A stretch of DNA of 63,784 nucleotides, the filler included, from Circinaria calcarea (taxonomy: Eukaryota), in assembly GCA_051942165.1 (NCBI GenBank). It is 37 parts of 37 records of this genome, joined end to end, with 100 filler letters (N's around TTAATTAATTAA, not from the genome) between each part and the next. Parts side by side here need not be neighbours in the genome. Positions count along the whole stretch, not along the records: positions 24,298 to 25,925 come from JAVECS010004426.1; positions 26,026 to 27,651 come from JAVECS010004427.1; positions 27,752 to 29,377 come from JAVECS010004428.1; positions 29,478 to 31,103 come from JAVECS010004429.1; positions 31,204 to 32,829 come from JAVECS010004430.1; positions 32,930 to 34,554 come from JAVECS010004431.1; positions 34,655 to 36,279 come from JAVECS010004432.1; positions 36,380 to 38,004 come from JAVECS010004433.1; 29 more parts are not named here. One strand, given 5' to 3'. The notes under the pieces were generated by a model. That model saw only the letters and a program-made list of their open reading frames with translations, searched no databases and was not told the DNA's origin. A program made the translations under genes and the position numbers. Below, in pieces: positions 25,201 to 36,831 of the stretch (position 1 is the first letter of the stretch; every line of letters starts with the position of its first letter).

Positions 25201-25325
25201 ATGCAGCATAGTAGTGGCAGCATAGTAGTGGGTGGCAGTATAGTAGTGGTCTCGGTGACAGTGTAATAGTGGACTCGGTGGCAGCATAGTAGGCAGCGAA
25301 CTGAGTGGCAGCGAGTTAGTAGTAA
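25201..25325. repeat. Degenerate GGCAGCATAGTAGT repeat cluster, probably within a non-autonomous element
   Basis: About 7 imperfect copies of GCAG(C/T)ATAGTAG-like units. Confidence 0.7.
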
Positions 25326-26025
25326 TTACGCGAAACTAATATCCTCGCTTTTTCAACCAATCCAAAGCTTTAAAGGAACCGGATATTTTACGCTAGCTAC
25401 TTTTTTCCCCATGCCAAGCCACTATTTCATTTTTTCAGTCTCGATAATTAATCACGCTCGCAAGCTCGCGTAATTATGCTATGTGTATATTGGGGGGGAA
25501 TCGCTGAGATACAAAAGCGAGAAACGCGCCTAATTAACGCTGTTTTCCCGCTTCCTTCTCTGCGCGCTCCAATCAGAACATTCGCTTGTTTTTGGCTGGT
25601 TCGGTAACGCCGGTTTTCAGTGTGATACAACTAGGCTAGATAGCTTTCTGAAGCTCTGATGGTAAGGAAAGCAACGGAGGTCAGCGAGAAAGGGACTGGT
25701 CCAAGGTAGAAGATAGATATCGTAAAGAATATAGAAGCTCGGCTTATTTTGGAGCTGCACATACAAAATTAGGTAGGCCTCGCAATGGGGGCAACTTAAA
25801 CTAGCACTCACCCACCGGTTCATGCCTCAAACCACCTTCAACGTGAAAAAATGGGAAGCGGAAATCTTTCCCACCTTAATCCTGCCCTAGCCCTCCTCTC
25901 CTCCCAGCCCACCACCCTACTACACNNNNNNNNNNNNNNNNNNNNNNNNNNNNNNNNNNNNNNNNNNNNTTAATTAATTAANNNNNNNNNNNNNNNNNNN
26001 NNNNNNNNNNNNNNNNNNNNNNNNN

Positions 26026-26683
26026 ACTACAGAGCAATATCAAACCGTACATCCAACTACTATCTAGCTTCACTTTTCATGCTAAAACTAGAGTCTAGCT
26101 ACTCAGCCAGAATGTCCGAAAGGCATCATGCAGTTTCAACACGGAACCTTCTCGATAGCTCCAAATGGATCCCTTACCCTTAATCCTTTCAGCGTTGATG
26201 GCCGACAGCTACTGTCGGATCCGTGTAAATACAAAAACTCCATCTACACACGCTACAATCAAACAGAAGTTTTCGAGGTTAGTTTATCGGGATGGTCCTA
26301 GTTATATCATGACTGTTCCACTGCAGTACTGACGGATCCTTTATTGGCAGCGTTACTCGGTCTATACCGATCCCTACCATAATGTTCCCCGGCTAGACCT
26401 TTACCGGTTCGACGGCTCGCCCATGAACCCGATGTATCTCGCCTACAGCCCTCCTCAAATGCTACCAACCCAGACTTTAAACCCTACGACTTCATCAACA
26501 GGTAGCCCTGAGGCAACAGGAAACGCCAAAATCAAAAGGGATTTTGCGGATCTAGGAGGGTTCGCAGAACCTATGAACAGGAAGGCATTGATGAAGAGGC
26601 ATGAGGCGACCAGCGCAGACAGATGGTGGTGGATTGGAGTAGTTATGACGGCAATCGGAGGCGTCGGATACTTTTGCTTTTGA
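26026..26683 (+). CDS. ROT1: ER chaperone Rot1, 5'-partial; introns 26047-26098 and 26278-26350
   Basis: [66 protein letters not shown] and a C-terminal TM helix. Confidence 0.92.
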
Positions 26684-27230
26684 TTGGGCCTAAGCGGAAG
26701 CTCCGAGGACTAAAGAATGGAGAAACCGGGGGGAACACGGGAGCATTGGGTTGGCGCCCTGGAGTGGCCTTTTTTGTCTGTGCATATTAACGAAGGAAAT
26801 ATACCATACCCCTGCAGTCATCTACCATGTATCGTTATACCCTTGCGACTTGAGCGTCTAAGCGGCCGTGGGCTTTTGCGTCAATGCTGAAGAAACACTT
26901 GAGGAAGGGGGGGGTTTTTGCAAAGATATAGGCGCGAAGTTGCACTAGTTTTCCAACCAATTGCAGGCTTGAAATCTCCTTGAAATCTCCTTGAAATCGG
27001 ATCGATGAAAAAATCCTCCTGATGACGCTTGGATTTTCGTACCGTACTTTCGTCCCCCTCTCAGACTCCCGTCTCGTCTCCTCGTATCCGGGGCCCCCAA
27101 TGGCGGATTGCCGCGGGTTTACTGTATGGTAGCATGAAAGCTCGAGAGAGAGAGAGCTCTACAGAGTACGTAGTGACCCATTTTGTCGTGCCAGCGCTTG
27201 CATGGCTATTTACTTGTGTCTACTGTATCT

Positions 27231-27264
27231 ACTGGACTGGACTGGACTGGACTGGACTGGACTG
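27231..27264. repeat. (ACTGG)n microsatellite
   Basis: About 6.5 pentamers, read directly. Confidence 0.9.
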
Positions 27265-27751
27265 TATATAGGTACTCTGAAGCCGGGTTCTGAACCTGAG
27301 CCTGAGTCCGAGCCCGAGTCCTGGCTGGGAACGAAGAGGGAGAGGGAAACTGCTACTGCTACCGCTACTGTGTACAAACCCTGGAACTGGGCACGGCTAT
27401 AGTATCTAACTAAGGGTGTGAGTTTCGTTTCGGGATTGTCCAAAGGATAGGTACCTAAACCCATCAATGATATCCTTCACCGGGGGGGGGGGTTAATTTC
27501 CCCTTTTCTTATTACAAAGATATTTAATTCCGCCCGAGGGAAATCGAATCGAGAGAATGAATCGGTTTTATCTATTTCGGGGGCGCTTTGCTTTTTTGAA
27601 GGGGGGTTGTCAGTAAGGGGACTGGGTGTTGAGTATTCGTAACTTGTGGGGNNNNNNNNNNNNNNNNNNNNNNNNNNNNNNNNNNNNNNNNNNNNTTAAT
27701 TAATTAANNNNNNNNNNNNNNNNNNNNNNNNNNNNNNNNNNNNNNNNNNNN

Positions 27752-28714
27752 GATGTTGAGCAAGCCGGCGAGGATGCCAAAGCTTACATCCAAGGCAAAA
27801 GCGTGGGTAAGCCAGACCAGATCTCTCGAGCAGCCGCCCAAACAAATGCCGAAGTCAATCTGGAGATCCCAAAAGCCAGTTGGGGTGATTTCATCCGGCA
27901 TTATTCTCAGTGGAAGTATGGAAAAGTTCTCCTTGGAACGGCCGGTTCATGGTTCTTCCTTGATGTTGCATTTTACGGTCTCGGTTTGAACCAAACCATC
28001 ATCTTGTCTGGTATTGGATACACGGGTGGTAATAACGTCTATGAGATTTTCTACAAAGCTGCCGTCGGAAACATCATCCTTGTCTGCGCTGGAGCAATCC
28101 CCGGTTACTGGGTGACAGTCGCTTTGGTCGACACTGTGGGCCGCAAGCCTATCCAACTCATGGGCTTCATCATTCTTACCATCCTCTTCATCATCATTGG
28201 ATTTGCATTCGATAAGCTCGGCCCGCGCGGGCTCCTCGCTCTCTACGTATTGGCCCAATTCTTCTTCAACTTTGTGAGTTCATCCGCCTCTATACCATCT
28301 CGAACCATCTTTGCTAACTCGCAATCAAAGGGTCCTAACGCAACTACTTTTATCGTACCCGGTGAATGCTTCCCAACCCGCTACCGTTCCACCTCCCATG
28401 GTATCTCGGCCGCCTCCGGAAAAATCGGCGCCATCATTGCCCAGGTTCTCATCGGACCCCTCCGCGTCCGCGGCGCCACCGCTACAAACGCCTCCCCGTG
28501 GCTCAACCACGTCATGGAAATCTATGCGCTGTTCATGTTCTTGGGCATCTTTTTCACGTTCCTAATCCCTGAGACGAAGAGGAAGACGCTCGAGGAGTTG
28601 GCGGGTGAGGTTCCGGGAACGCCGAATTATGATCCGGCTACCGGTGGGCATATGGGGCGGGAGCGGAAACACGACGTGTATGAGAGTCGGGCAGGCAGCG
28701 ATGAGAAGGTTTAA
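27752..28714 (+). CDS. PHO84: H+/phosphate symporter (PHS family), C-terminal half; intron 28274-28330
   Basis: LLGTAGSWFFLDVAFYGLGLN, GRKPIQLMGF, FFFNF|GPNATTFIVPGECFPTRYRSTSHGISAASGKIGA and IPETKRKTLEEL. Confidence 0.95.
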   Translation, partial: DVEQAGEDAKAYIQGKSVGKPDQISRAAAQTNAEVNLEIPKASWGDFIRHYSQWKYGKVLLGTAGSWFFLDVAFYGLGLNQTIILSGIGYTGGNNVYEIFYKAAVGNIILVCAGAIPGYWVTVALVDTVGRKPIQLMGFIILTILFIIIGFAFDKLGPRGLLALYVLAQFFFNFVSSSASIPSRTIFANSQSKGPNATTFIVPGECFPTRYRSTSHGISAASGKIGAIIAQVLIGPLRVRGATATNASPWLNHVMEIYALFMFLGIFFTFLIPETKRKTLEELAGEVPGTPNYDPATGGHMGRERKHDVYESRAGSDEKV

Positions 28715-29734
28715 TCAGGAGTTATGGGATCCTTTTTTGATGCTTGCAATCCCGGAGTTGATAGAATTATCTAAGCAAGGGCCTGCCTTTAGCTACGAAG
28801 CGTCTTCGAGTTTTTCTAACCGATACCATTCGTTCTTAATTAACAAGCAAATCCACTAAAGTGCCCCGCCCTTGTCAAAATAACATGGAATTCGCTCGGC
28901 CAAACCATTAAAAATTTCCCCACCGGTTTTTGTCAAGTCGGCCAAGCGGGAACCGTTGACAAAGCACCTCAAAACTTTAAAACCCCCCTTCTTTTTTTGG
29001 TTTGACGGTTTTTCCCCGTAAGCCGTAAGCCTCACGTTCTTCCTATGCTAGTGAACCAAACCCCCACCCCCCTTTCCCAACAAAAGAAACGAGAATAAAA
29101 TCCCGAGTTTGAGTTCGAGATCGAGTTCGAGTTGGGCTTGGAGCTTGGAGCTGGAGTTTAGAGTTTGTTTAAAGGCGTGAAATACCCTGAAATGGAAATA
29201 GCTGGGATTTTTTCTCAAGTTTCTGCATTCGGCTTGCTTTTAGGGATTAGGGGGGGGAAAGGGGAGGGAAAAGGCTCATGCTCTTCGTATCTATTCGTAT
29301 CTATTCGATAAAAGCAATTCCACCTTCCTTTCGTTTCTTCCTTTCTTTCTGTATAGGTTATGGGTATTGGGTATTAGNNNNNNNNNNNNNNNNNNNNNNN
29401 NNNNNNNNNNNNNNNNNNNNNTTAATTAATTAANNNNNNNNNNNNNNNNNNNNNNNNNNNNNNNNNNNNNNNNNNNNGGTTACAACGGAAGGTTAAGAAG
29501 GAGATGAAGAAAAGGTAAGTGACGAGATGCGAAGGTGGGTAGGTGGGTGGGTGAGATGTTAGGTTTTCTATTCTATTGGGTTTCTCCCAAGGGACAAGGT
29601 GGGAGTGTTATCCGAGGAATGAGAAGGGAGAATGGAATAGGCGTTTAGAGATGAGATGATGATTTGGATAATAATGGCTAGCTGTGTAGAAGCACGAGTT
29701 TATATACACTATTGCGGAAAAGACCTTAACACTT

Positions 29735-31103
29735 TTAAAAAATTGCAGTTCCGTTGACATGAGAGCTGACACCGCCTGTTCATTTGGGGTTAGTAATAGA
29801 AGACGATATTACAGCTCTGGAGACTTACCGGGGCAATTTGCAGGAGCACTGGTGACGAAAAACGTCCATCGATTCTGCTCCCGGCATCGTTGACTCAATT
29901 TCTCCAGGTCGAGCATCTCTCCGAGAGGACAGCCCCATAGAGCTAATAGATGCTCGTGTACGTGGTACGCTAATGCTCATCATGTTAGTGATGATCTAGA
30001 TGATCCCGAAATCAGAAAGAATGCGGATATGAGACATACATTCGTGTGTGGGCCACGCTTCGAAAGCAGGCGCATCTCCCGCCACAGCTGCGAAATAACT
30101 ATCATGCAGCCAGTCCAAGATTCGTTCCTCTTGCGCCACACCAGCCCACCGCTGTCCGTCTTCGGTACCAATCACATGAGGTCGAGTGGCAAGTTTTGCC
30201 CTCTCGTCCGACGGCTTGCTATGGTATGCTTCAATGAAGCCGCTGCGGATGAATAATAAATCGCCAATCTTGATATCTCCGCCTTCAGCTTGTGGACGTA
30301 TATCGATGCCTTGGTCCTTGCCACAGTGGTATAGCTCCTCGAAAGAGATGGGATAGTAGTCGTACGGGTCGTATTGAATCCCCTTTTTGTGCGCGTAGCT
30401 GCGGTAATCGAGCAGGACACCTCGGCCGGCAATCCCGTGTTCTGACCAGTGATGAATGGAGCATTTCTGGTTTGCTTTGGGTCCTACGATATCTTCGCCG
30501 CGGGTGTTGTTATAGAATGTTCCACTTGGGATATGGGCGAACTGTGTCGCGTCAACTTTTAGCGTCGGTATTACCCATTCTCTATACTGACATGTCTAAA
30601 CCCATCCCATTGAGTCCCCGACTGGGTGTTCAACTTATCTGTGTGTTTCTTATCAACCCGCCATGCATAGATCTGAGCCTAGGATAGTTACAAAGGTCGT
30701 CATAAGCAATGTTGTCTGCCAGAATTTTGATCTCGTGCTGAAAGGGTTCACGGTTGAATGCCGGCACTTCCGGAACATTCAATGGCAAGCTAGAATGGCG
30801 TTATCTTAGCCATGCCCCCATGACTGTCTTGAGGATAACCTACTTTAGAGATATCATCTCCCCAGTTTGGATTTCCGCAGCAGCGGCCTTGACCCTTGTT
30901 GGAGTTAGGAGGTTAAGCCGCCCAACCTACACGAATGTCAACAAGGCATGACGGCATATTCCGATGCGGAGGACCGACATGGTCATTCTCGCCCCAAACC
31001 CAAGCGGCCCCTTCCGGAGCGCCTGGGATAACGGGAAGGTCTTTTCTGGTCGGGAAGATGGTCGAATTGGGGTCAAAGGGGATAGCGCTCGCGGTTTTGT
31101 TGA
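29735..31103 (-). CDS. Putative cyclase-family (kynurenine formamidase-like) metal-dependent hydrolase, about 7 exons, 5'-partial
   Basis: Manual splicing gives GAAWVWGENDH|VGRLNLLTP..LPLNVP..FNREPFQH..YDD..LNTQSGTQWDGFRH..GIAGRGVLLDY..GDLLFIRSG..AVAGDAPAFE..HEHLLALWGCPLGEMLDLEKL..NCPGGVSSHVNGTAIF*. Missed by the ORF track. Confidence 0.9.
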
Positions 31104-31398
31104 NNNNNNNNNNNNNNNNNNNNNNNNNNNNNNNNNNNNNNNNNNNNTTAATTAATTAANNNNNNNNNNNNNNNNNNNNNNNNNNNNNNNNNNNNNNNNN
31201 NNNTCCTTAGATCCTCTCCTGACTCATCTGGATGCTACCTTCTAGCAGCACAGAGGGGCTTTGATGAACTTTGAGCAAGGAGCCGCAAAGAACGTCTGCG
31301 GTTATAAAACCCTAGCCAATGTCCCTAGAAAATCTTGACCAGCAGCACCCGTTCTCTTGTGTCAAGCCGTCTTTCCATTTTATCTGAATCCCCCTATT

Positions 31399-32829
31399 AT
31401 GGCCCCTTCAGCAACTCAGGTGGAGACTGCCCCCAAGCAGTTCAATGCTTTTCGGATTCCAAACAAGTTAGTGGGATCCTCACAGAGCGTGACCCATTAT
31501 GTTCCTTTGCAGCTGTCCGGTATCTTGGAAGAATACGACCAAAAGGAACTAACACCGCTTTTCGGCACTGTCTTTCCGAATATCAACCTAGCAGAGATAC
31601 TCCATTCCCCAGAAAGGGATGAGAAGATTAGGGATCTAGTAATCACAAGTATGTGTCAGCTACTTAGTTCTTAATTCAAGTCTTTGCGCAAGCTAGTGAT
31701 TCAATACCACTACTTAATCCTGATGCTGCCGTATAAGAGGAACCTCACACAAATCCAGCCCAGCACTCGACTAATTCGTTCATTTATAGTCTCACAACGC
31801 GGTGTCTGTGTCTTTCCCGGACAAGCCGATCTCACCATCGAGGATCAGAAGTTACTGGGACGCAAGTTAGGCGAATTGACTTATCGCCCGCACACTTCTG
31901 GACTAGCAATACATCCCCTGTAAGTCTGTCTGACTAGCTTCTCGTTTGTTTGGTGATCTGTCGTCCCCAGATCATACTAATAATTTCTAGAAATCAGACG
32001 ACCATGCCTGACGGGTCTGTTGATGTGGAGCTAACAATATTGGCCCGGGATCCTTCAAAGAAGCTTGTATTGCAGGCAGGATTTTCCCAGAGCAAAGTCA
32101 AAAAGCAGAGTCATGCCGATGGCTGGCATACGGACAATTCTTTCGAAGTAAGCTATTGGCTCATTATTAATATTCTAATCAGATTTCGGAGCGCCTTTAG
32201 CCTCCTAGATACAGAACTGATACCATGACGTCCCATAGAATATTCCTGCAGATTATACATTGCTTCACATGAAAGTCACGCCTCCGGCAGGTGGTAAGTG
32301 GCTCCTTATCCTGTGATCTCAGCAATTCTGACCTGCTAACATACCTTAGGAGATACACTTTTTACCTCTACTTATGAAGTAAGACCACGGTCCACTCTTT
32401 TCGCATTCTAGACTGGTATGGAGGGTATACTTAACTTGCTTGAAGTTCTACGACATCTTGTCCGAGCCCTACCAAAAGTTTCTTGAAGGGCTCACCGCAA
32501 CCTTCATGCCACCGGGCCACTCTCCCTCCCGCATCGTTGACCGCATTTGGCCTGGGTCCCGAGGCTCTCCCGAGAATATTGGACCCGAACTTCATGCCTC
32601 ACACCCTGCTGTGCGCACTAATCCCGTCACCGGCTGGAAATATGTTTATGCCATGGGCCACCATCATGAAGCATTTGACGGTCTGGGGGACATTGAGAAC
32701 AAGATGATTATCGAGTACATGGATCGCCTGGTGACTGAGAACCATCAGCTGCAGGTAAGCTACGCCACGTTCAAGTGCACTATAGCACTCACTGCTTACT
32801 TGGCGGTAGCTACGTGTCAAGTGGAACGC
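31399..32829 (+). CDS. TauD/TfdA-family Fe(II)/2-oxoglutarate dioxygenase (sulfonate dioxygenase-like), multi-intron, 3'-partial
   Basis: ELTPLFGTVF, SQRGVCVF, GWHTDNSFE (HxD), GGDTLF and HPAVRTNPVTGWK. Confidence 0.9.
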
Positions 32830-34344
32830 NNNNNNNNNNNNNNNNNNNNNNNNNNNNNNNNNNNNNNNNNNNNTTAATTAATTAANNNNNNNNNNNNNNN
32901 NNNNNNNNNNNNNNNNNNNNNNNNNNNNNCCTCCCCACCTTCTCTTCTTAATTCTTGCCTGGTTGAACTAAAGGTAAATTTGAAACGATAAAACGAGGTG
33001 GTATATTTTCAGCACACGGGGCTTATTTAGATGAAAAGTTTTGGATTTTGATTTCGATTTTGTTCCTGGAGGGAGAGGGGGGGTTGGGGGGTTAGGGCTT
33101 AATTCTTAGATACCCGGGAATTTCCTCCACAGCTCAAATTCCCATGTACTCCGTACCCATTAGAAATTTACAAGCGGTACTTCGTACCCCCTTTTCCCCT
33201 CCCTTGCGATTCCGATTTCGAAAAAGCTTGGTTGAAACTCCAAAGTAAGGCCTATTTCTTATGCCAACCGAGTGAATAAAGTCTTACCCAAAAAAACACC
33301 AGCACAGCACAACACAGCAACAAAATTTCCATCCCACCCGTCCGTTGGGAAACCTTTCCAATCTTTCCGATCAACTGAAAGCGGGGCCTTTTCTTTTTTA
33401 GCCTGCATTCCGAAGGGGTTTTTGAATTTTTAAATTCTCCACAAGAACAAAAGGTAGTACCATAAAGTGGAATGGGATTGGGACTGAGGACTGGTCCCCA
33501 TATCGGTACTCTACAGTTCCCCACCCCCCGCCTGAAGAGAATATAACAACCTTGGGGCCTTGGGGTGTCTCTAGGAACAGAGAGGAGAGGAGGATGGGGA
33601 GATAGGTTTGGGAGAATAAAGAAGGGGGGCCGAACAAACCGGTTCTTGGGATGGGGGGTAATTTGTTCACGTGAACTGTTTCTGGGTCCCTGACAAATTT
33701 TCTACTGTATGACAATTTCTGCGCCTGGTCCTAGCCTTATGTAAAAAGTGGGACGGGGTCTAAACCTTTTTTGCACGAATCACGGAGATTTCGTGACGGG
33801 CAAGTTACACTCATCCTTCAATATTAGGAATCAATCGCGCAAGAAAACCGGACAGGGCAGGTTTTCATTTTTAGGATTAGAGAAATGCTAGTGTACAAAA
33901 GCTGTATCGGTATCGCTGCATCTCTAAAGCGGAAAAGCCCCCTGATTCCTACTCGCAAATTATTCCTGCTCATTCCACCCTGACCAGTTCGTCAACAGTT
34001 CCTGCTGGCTGCCACCCAAGAGTGTAAGCAGATGCAGAGAGAGGACCGTGACAGATAGCGTGATAGAACATCCGAGCAGAGTGAGTAGTAGTAGCGGGCG
34101 ACTTTCCGTAAATCATCATCACCCAAACCCCGAGCTGGTTATCCGAACCCCCAAAGGGGCCTGATGGCAAGCAATACATGAGAAAAGCTATTATCCGACG
34201 ACCGAAACCCCCGGAGAAGATAGGAAAAGCAAAGCGGCCGGTAGAGTGTGCAAGGTGTAGACTGGTCAACGACGGCAAGGGTATCTTGGATAGGGTTGAG
34301 ACAAGACAAGGTGCACCTTTTGCCGTCGTGGCGAGGGTGGGAGT

Positions 34345-34554
34345 CTACTCCTCCTCTTCCTCTTCTTCACCTTGGGTCTGTTGGGCCCAAAAAGATTAGC
34401 CAGGAGTCATTAAAGTGAATGGGTAAAAGGAACGTACGGCGTAAGCAGCCTTTTCGGAATCGTAACGCTCCTTGTCGGCCTTGGCCTTGGCCTCATATGG
34501 CTCACGTGCCTTGGGGTTGAGTGCCTTCCATCTCTCTCCGAGGACTTTACCGAC
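34345..34554 (-). CDS. NHP6: Non-histone HMG-box protein Nhp6, C-terminal part; intron 34378-34437
   Basis: [49 protein letters not shown]. Not in the ORF track. Confidence 0.92.
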
Positions 34555-34654
34555 NNNNNNNNNNNNNNNNNNNNNNNNNNNNNNNNNNNNNNNNNNNNTT
34601 AATTAATTAANNNNNNNNNNNNNNNNNNNNNNNNNNNNNNNNNNNNNNNNNNNN

Positions 34655-34792
34655 GAGCATGCTGCCTGCTATGCTCAGATGGCTCTGGTGCCAAGTGCTC
34701 CTGAGCACTCTGAGCACCGGTGTCGGGTTCCTCCGCCCCGACGGTAGGCTTCTTGGGGTTTAGCGTAACTGGTATGGCGTGGCGCCATAACA
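34655..34792 (-). mobile_element. Partial LTR related to 19108-19419
   Basis: Shared CGCCATAACA terminus and CCTGAGCAC..TGAGCAC motifs; it abuts AT-rich RIP-like DNA. Confidence 0.5.
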
Positions 34793-34799
34793 TTAAGCC

Positions 34800-36279
34800 C
34801 TAGAAGCACCTAGAAGCCTTCGGTTTTTAATTCTTTTATTCCGGCACTCGGTTTATTAAAATATAATATCGCGCCTTAATAAAAAGTAGAGAAGTTATTA
34901 AAAAATATTAATAATATATAAATAAATTACTCCGCGTGTATTAAAATAATATATTTATAAATTATATTTAATATTATTTTTTAATATTAAATCTAGGGCA
35001 ATAATTTAATTATTAAAAATATAAAAATAATAAGTATTAAGCTCGAAAAAGGGTCCGTTAAGCAAACCGAGATCACGTGAAGAACTTCAAAATATGATCC
35101 CAGACTCTTTCGCACTTGCAGTTTCGATGCACTCACGAAAAATAAATAGTTTTTAAGAAATAGAGGCTCAAATGAGAGGGCTTAATTCAGCGATTAAAAT
35201 AAGCCCTTATTATCAAGAATCTATAATAAGGCGCAATAGTTGTATCGCATTAAATAAAAAGGTATGCGTGGGAGCCGGGCGGAAGGGTACGTTAAAAATT
35301 TAAAGGGTCCAGTTGAAAGCCGAGATCACATGATCTCGCTCCTCCCCAGCCTATAGTACCTATATAATCACGAGTTTTCAACGCATTTCTAAAAATGAAA
35401 GATCATATGAAAGCTCTGATTAAGGCCTTGAAAATGAGCCCCTATTTGTGAGAATTGGAATTATACGTAATAGTAAAAGTCGTATATATTATATATATAT
35501 ACGTGGGAACTGCGCGGAACTGCGCGGAATAGAACTCCCGAACCTCCGAATTCCCGAACCTCCGAACTTCCGAACCTCCGAACCTGCGAGCGGATTGCCA
35601 CCACATATACTATAATTTTCGCAGTTGAATATGATTTTTTCTACCCTACCGATTTTAGCAAATGAAACAGTATTTGAAAGAACTTATTCAGCGCATTAAT
35701 ATAAGCTTCTATGCACGTATTTCTATTAAAAATTGATAGCATAATCGAAGCTGGGATTCCACGTAGTTTTCGCGTAGTATTCGCATAGTGGAAACACGCA
35801 TATCATATTCTCCACTGTTATTTTCGCAGCGAAATATGATTTTTTCTATACTACCGATTCGAGCAAGTAAAACGGCATTCGAATACGCTGAATCAGCAGA
35901 TTAATATAAGCTTCTATTATCGAAATTTTATTTAAAATTGATAGAGTAATTGAAGCTGGGGATTCCATATAATACCCCGCGGTAACGAAGCCTACCTCCC
36001 GAATAAGCGCCAGCGAGAGAGGAAAACACCTAGTATTCTATATAACTATATTATTATTAATCGGGTTTTATTATAATATTTAATAAGCCCCAAGGATTAC
36101 AGCGCCTTTATATTATAAATATTATTTTTTAAAAATATATTAAATATAATTTTTTCTACCCTACCGATTTTAATAAATAAAATAATATTTGAAAAAATTT
36201 ATTCAATATATTAATATAAATTTTTATATACGTATTTCTATTAAAAATTAATAATATAATCGAAGCTAGGATTCCATAT
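34800..36279. repeat. AT-rich composite repeat: ~254-bp diverged duplication, CCGAACCT short repeats and three ~150-bp copies, one heavily RIP-mutated
   Basis: AAGGGTCC..CCGAGATCAC at 35049 and 35303. TTTTTCTA(C/T)..TACCGATT..GAAGCT.GGATTCCA copies at ~35613, ~35818 and ~36130. Confidence 0.9.
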
Positions 36280-36379
36280 NNNNNNNNNNNNNNNNNNNNN
36301 NNNNNNNNNNNNNNNNNNNNNNNTTAATTAATTAANNNNNNNNNNNNNNNNNNNNNNNNNNNNNNNNNNNNNNNNNNNN

Positions 36380-36831
36380 CGAGCTATTGCTCGGACTAAA
36401 GTTGGACTGGGTATCTTGACACTACTTCTTAGTCGTGCTGAACTTGTTAAGCAAGCCGGAGGGGTTAGTGACCAGGAATGGAACCTTTGGAATAGCTTCT
36501 ACAACCGCCTATTTGACATCCTCGAACCTACCCTCGGGGGTATTTTCCCTGGGTCTATTAACAGTGGGGAGGACATGTATGTATGGCAATTTCTGGCCGC
36601 TATAGGTATCAATGCGAGCCCGGAGCAGCAGCAGAGGCTTGTCATTGCTGTCAAGTATGTTTTCATGTATCCCTTGCATGACTAGGATGCTAACGTAACT
36701 GAAATAGGGATCGTGTTATGGAAACTGTCATGCAGAGCAAAACCCTGCCTCCGGACATGGCAAGCCAACGTCTAGGCAATGTGAACTTATTCATGCGTTC
36801 TATCGGACTCGACGTGGAGCAGCTTGGTTGA
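36380..36831 (+). CDS. PAT1: Decapping activator Pat1, C-terminus; intron ~36655-36707
   Basis: LLSRAELVKQ, YVWQFLAAIGINASPEQQQRLVIAVK|DRVMETV..NVNLFMRSIGLDVEQLG*. Confidence 0.9.

Noticed and set aside
30029..31159. Plus-strand ORFs on contig 18
   Set aside because: They are antisense shadows of the spliced minus-strand cyclase-family gene.
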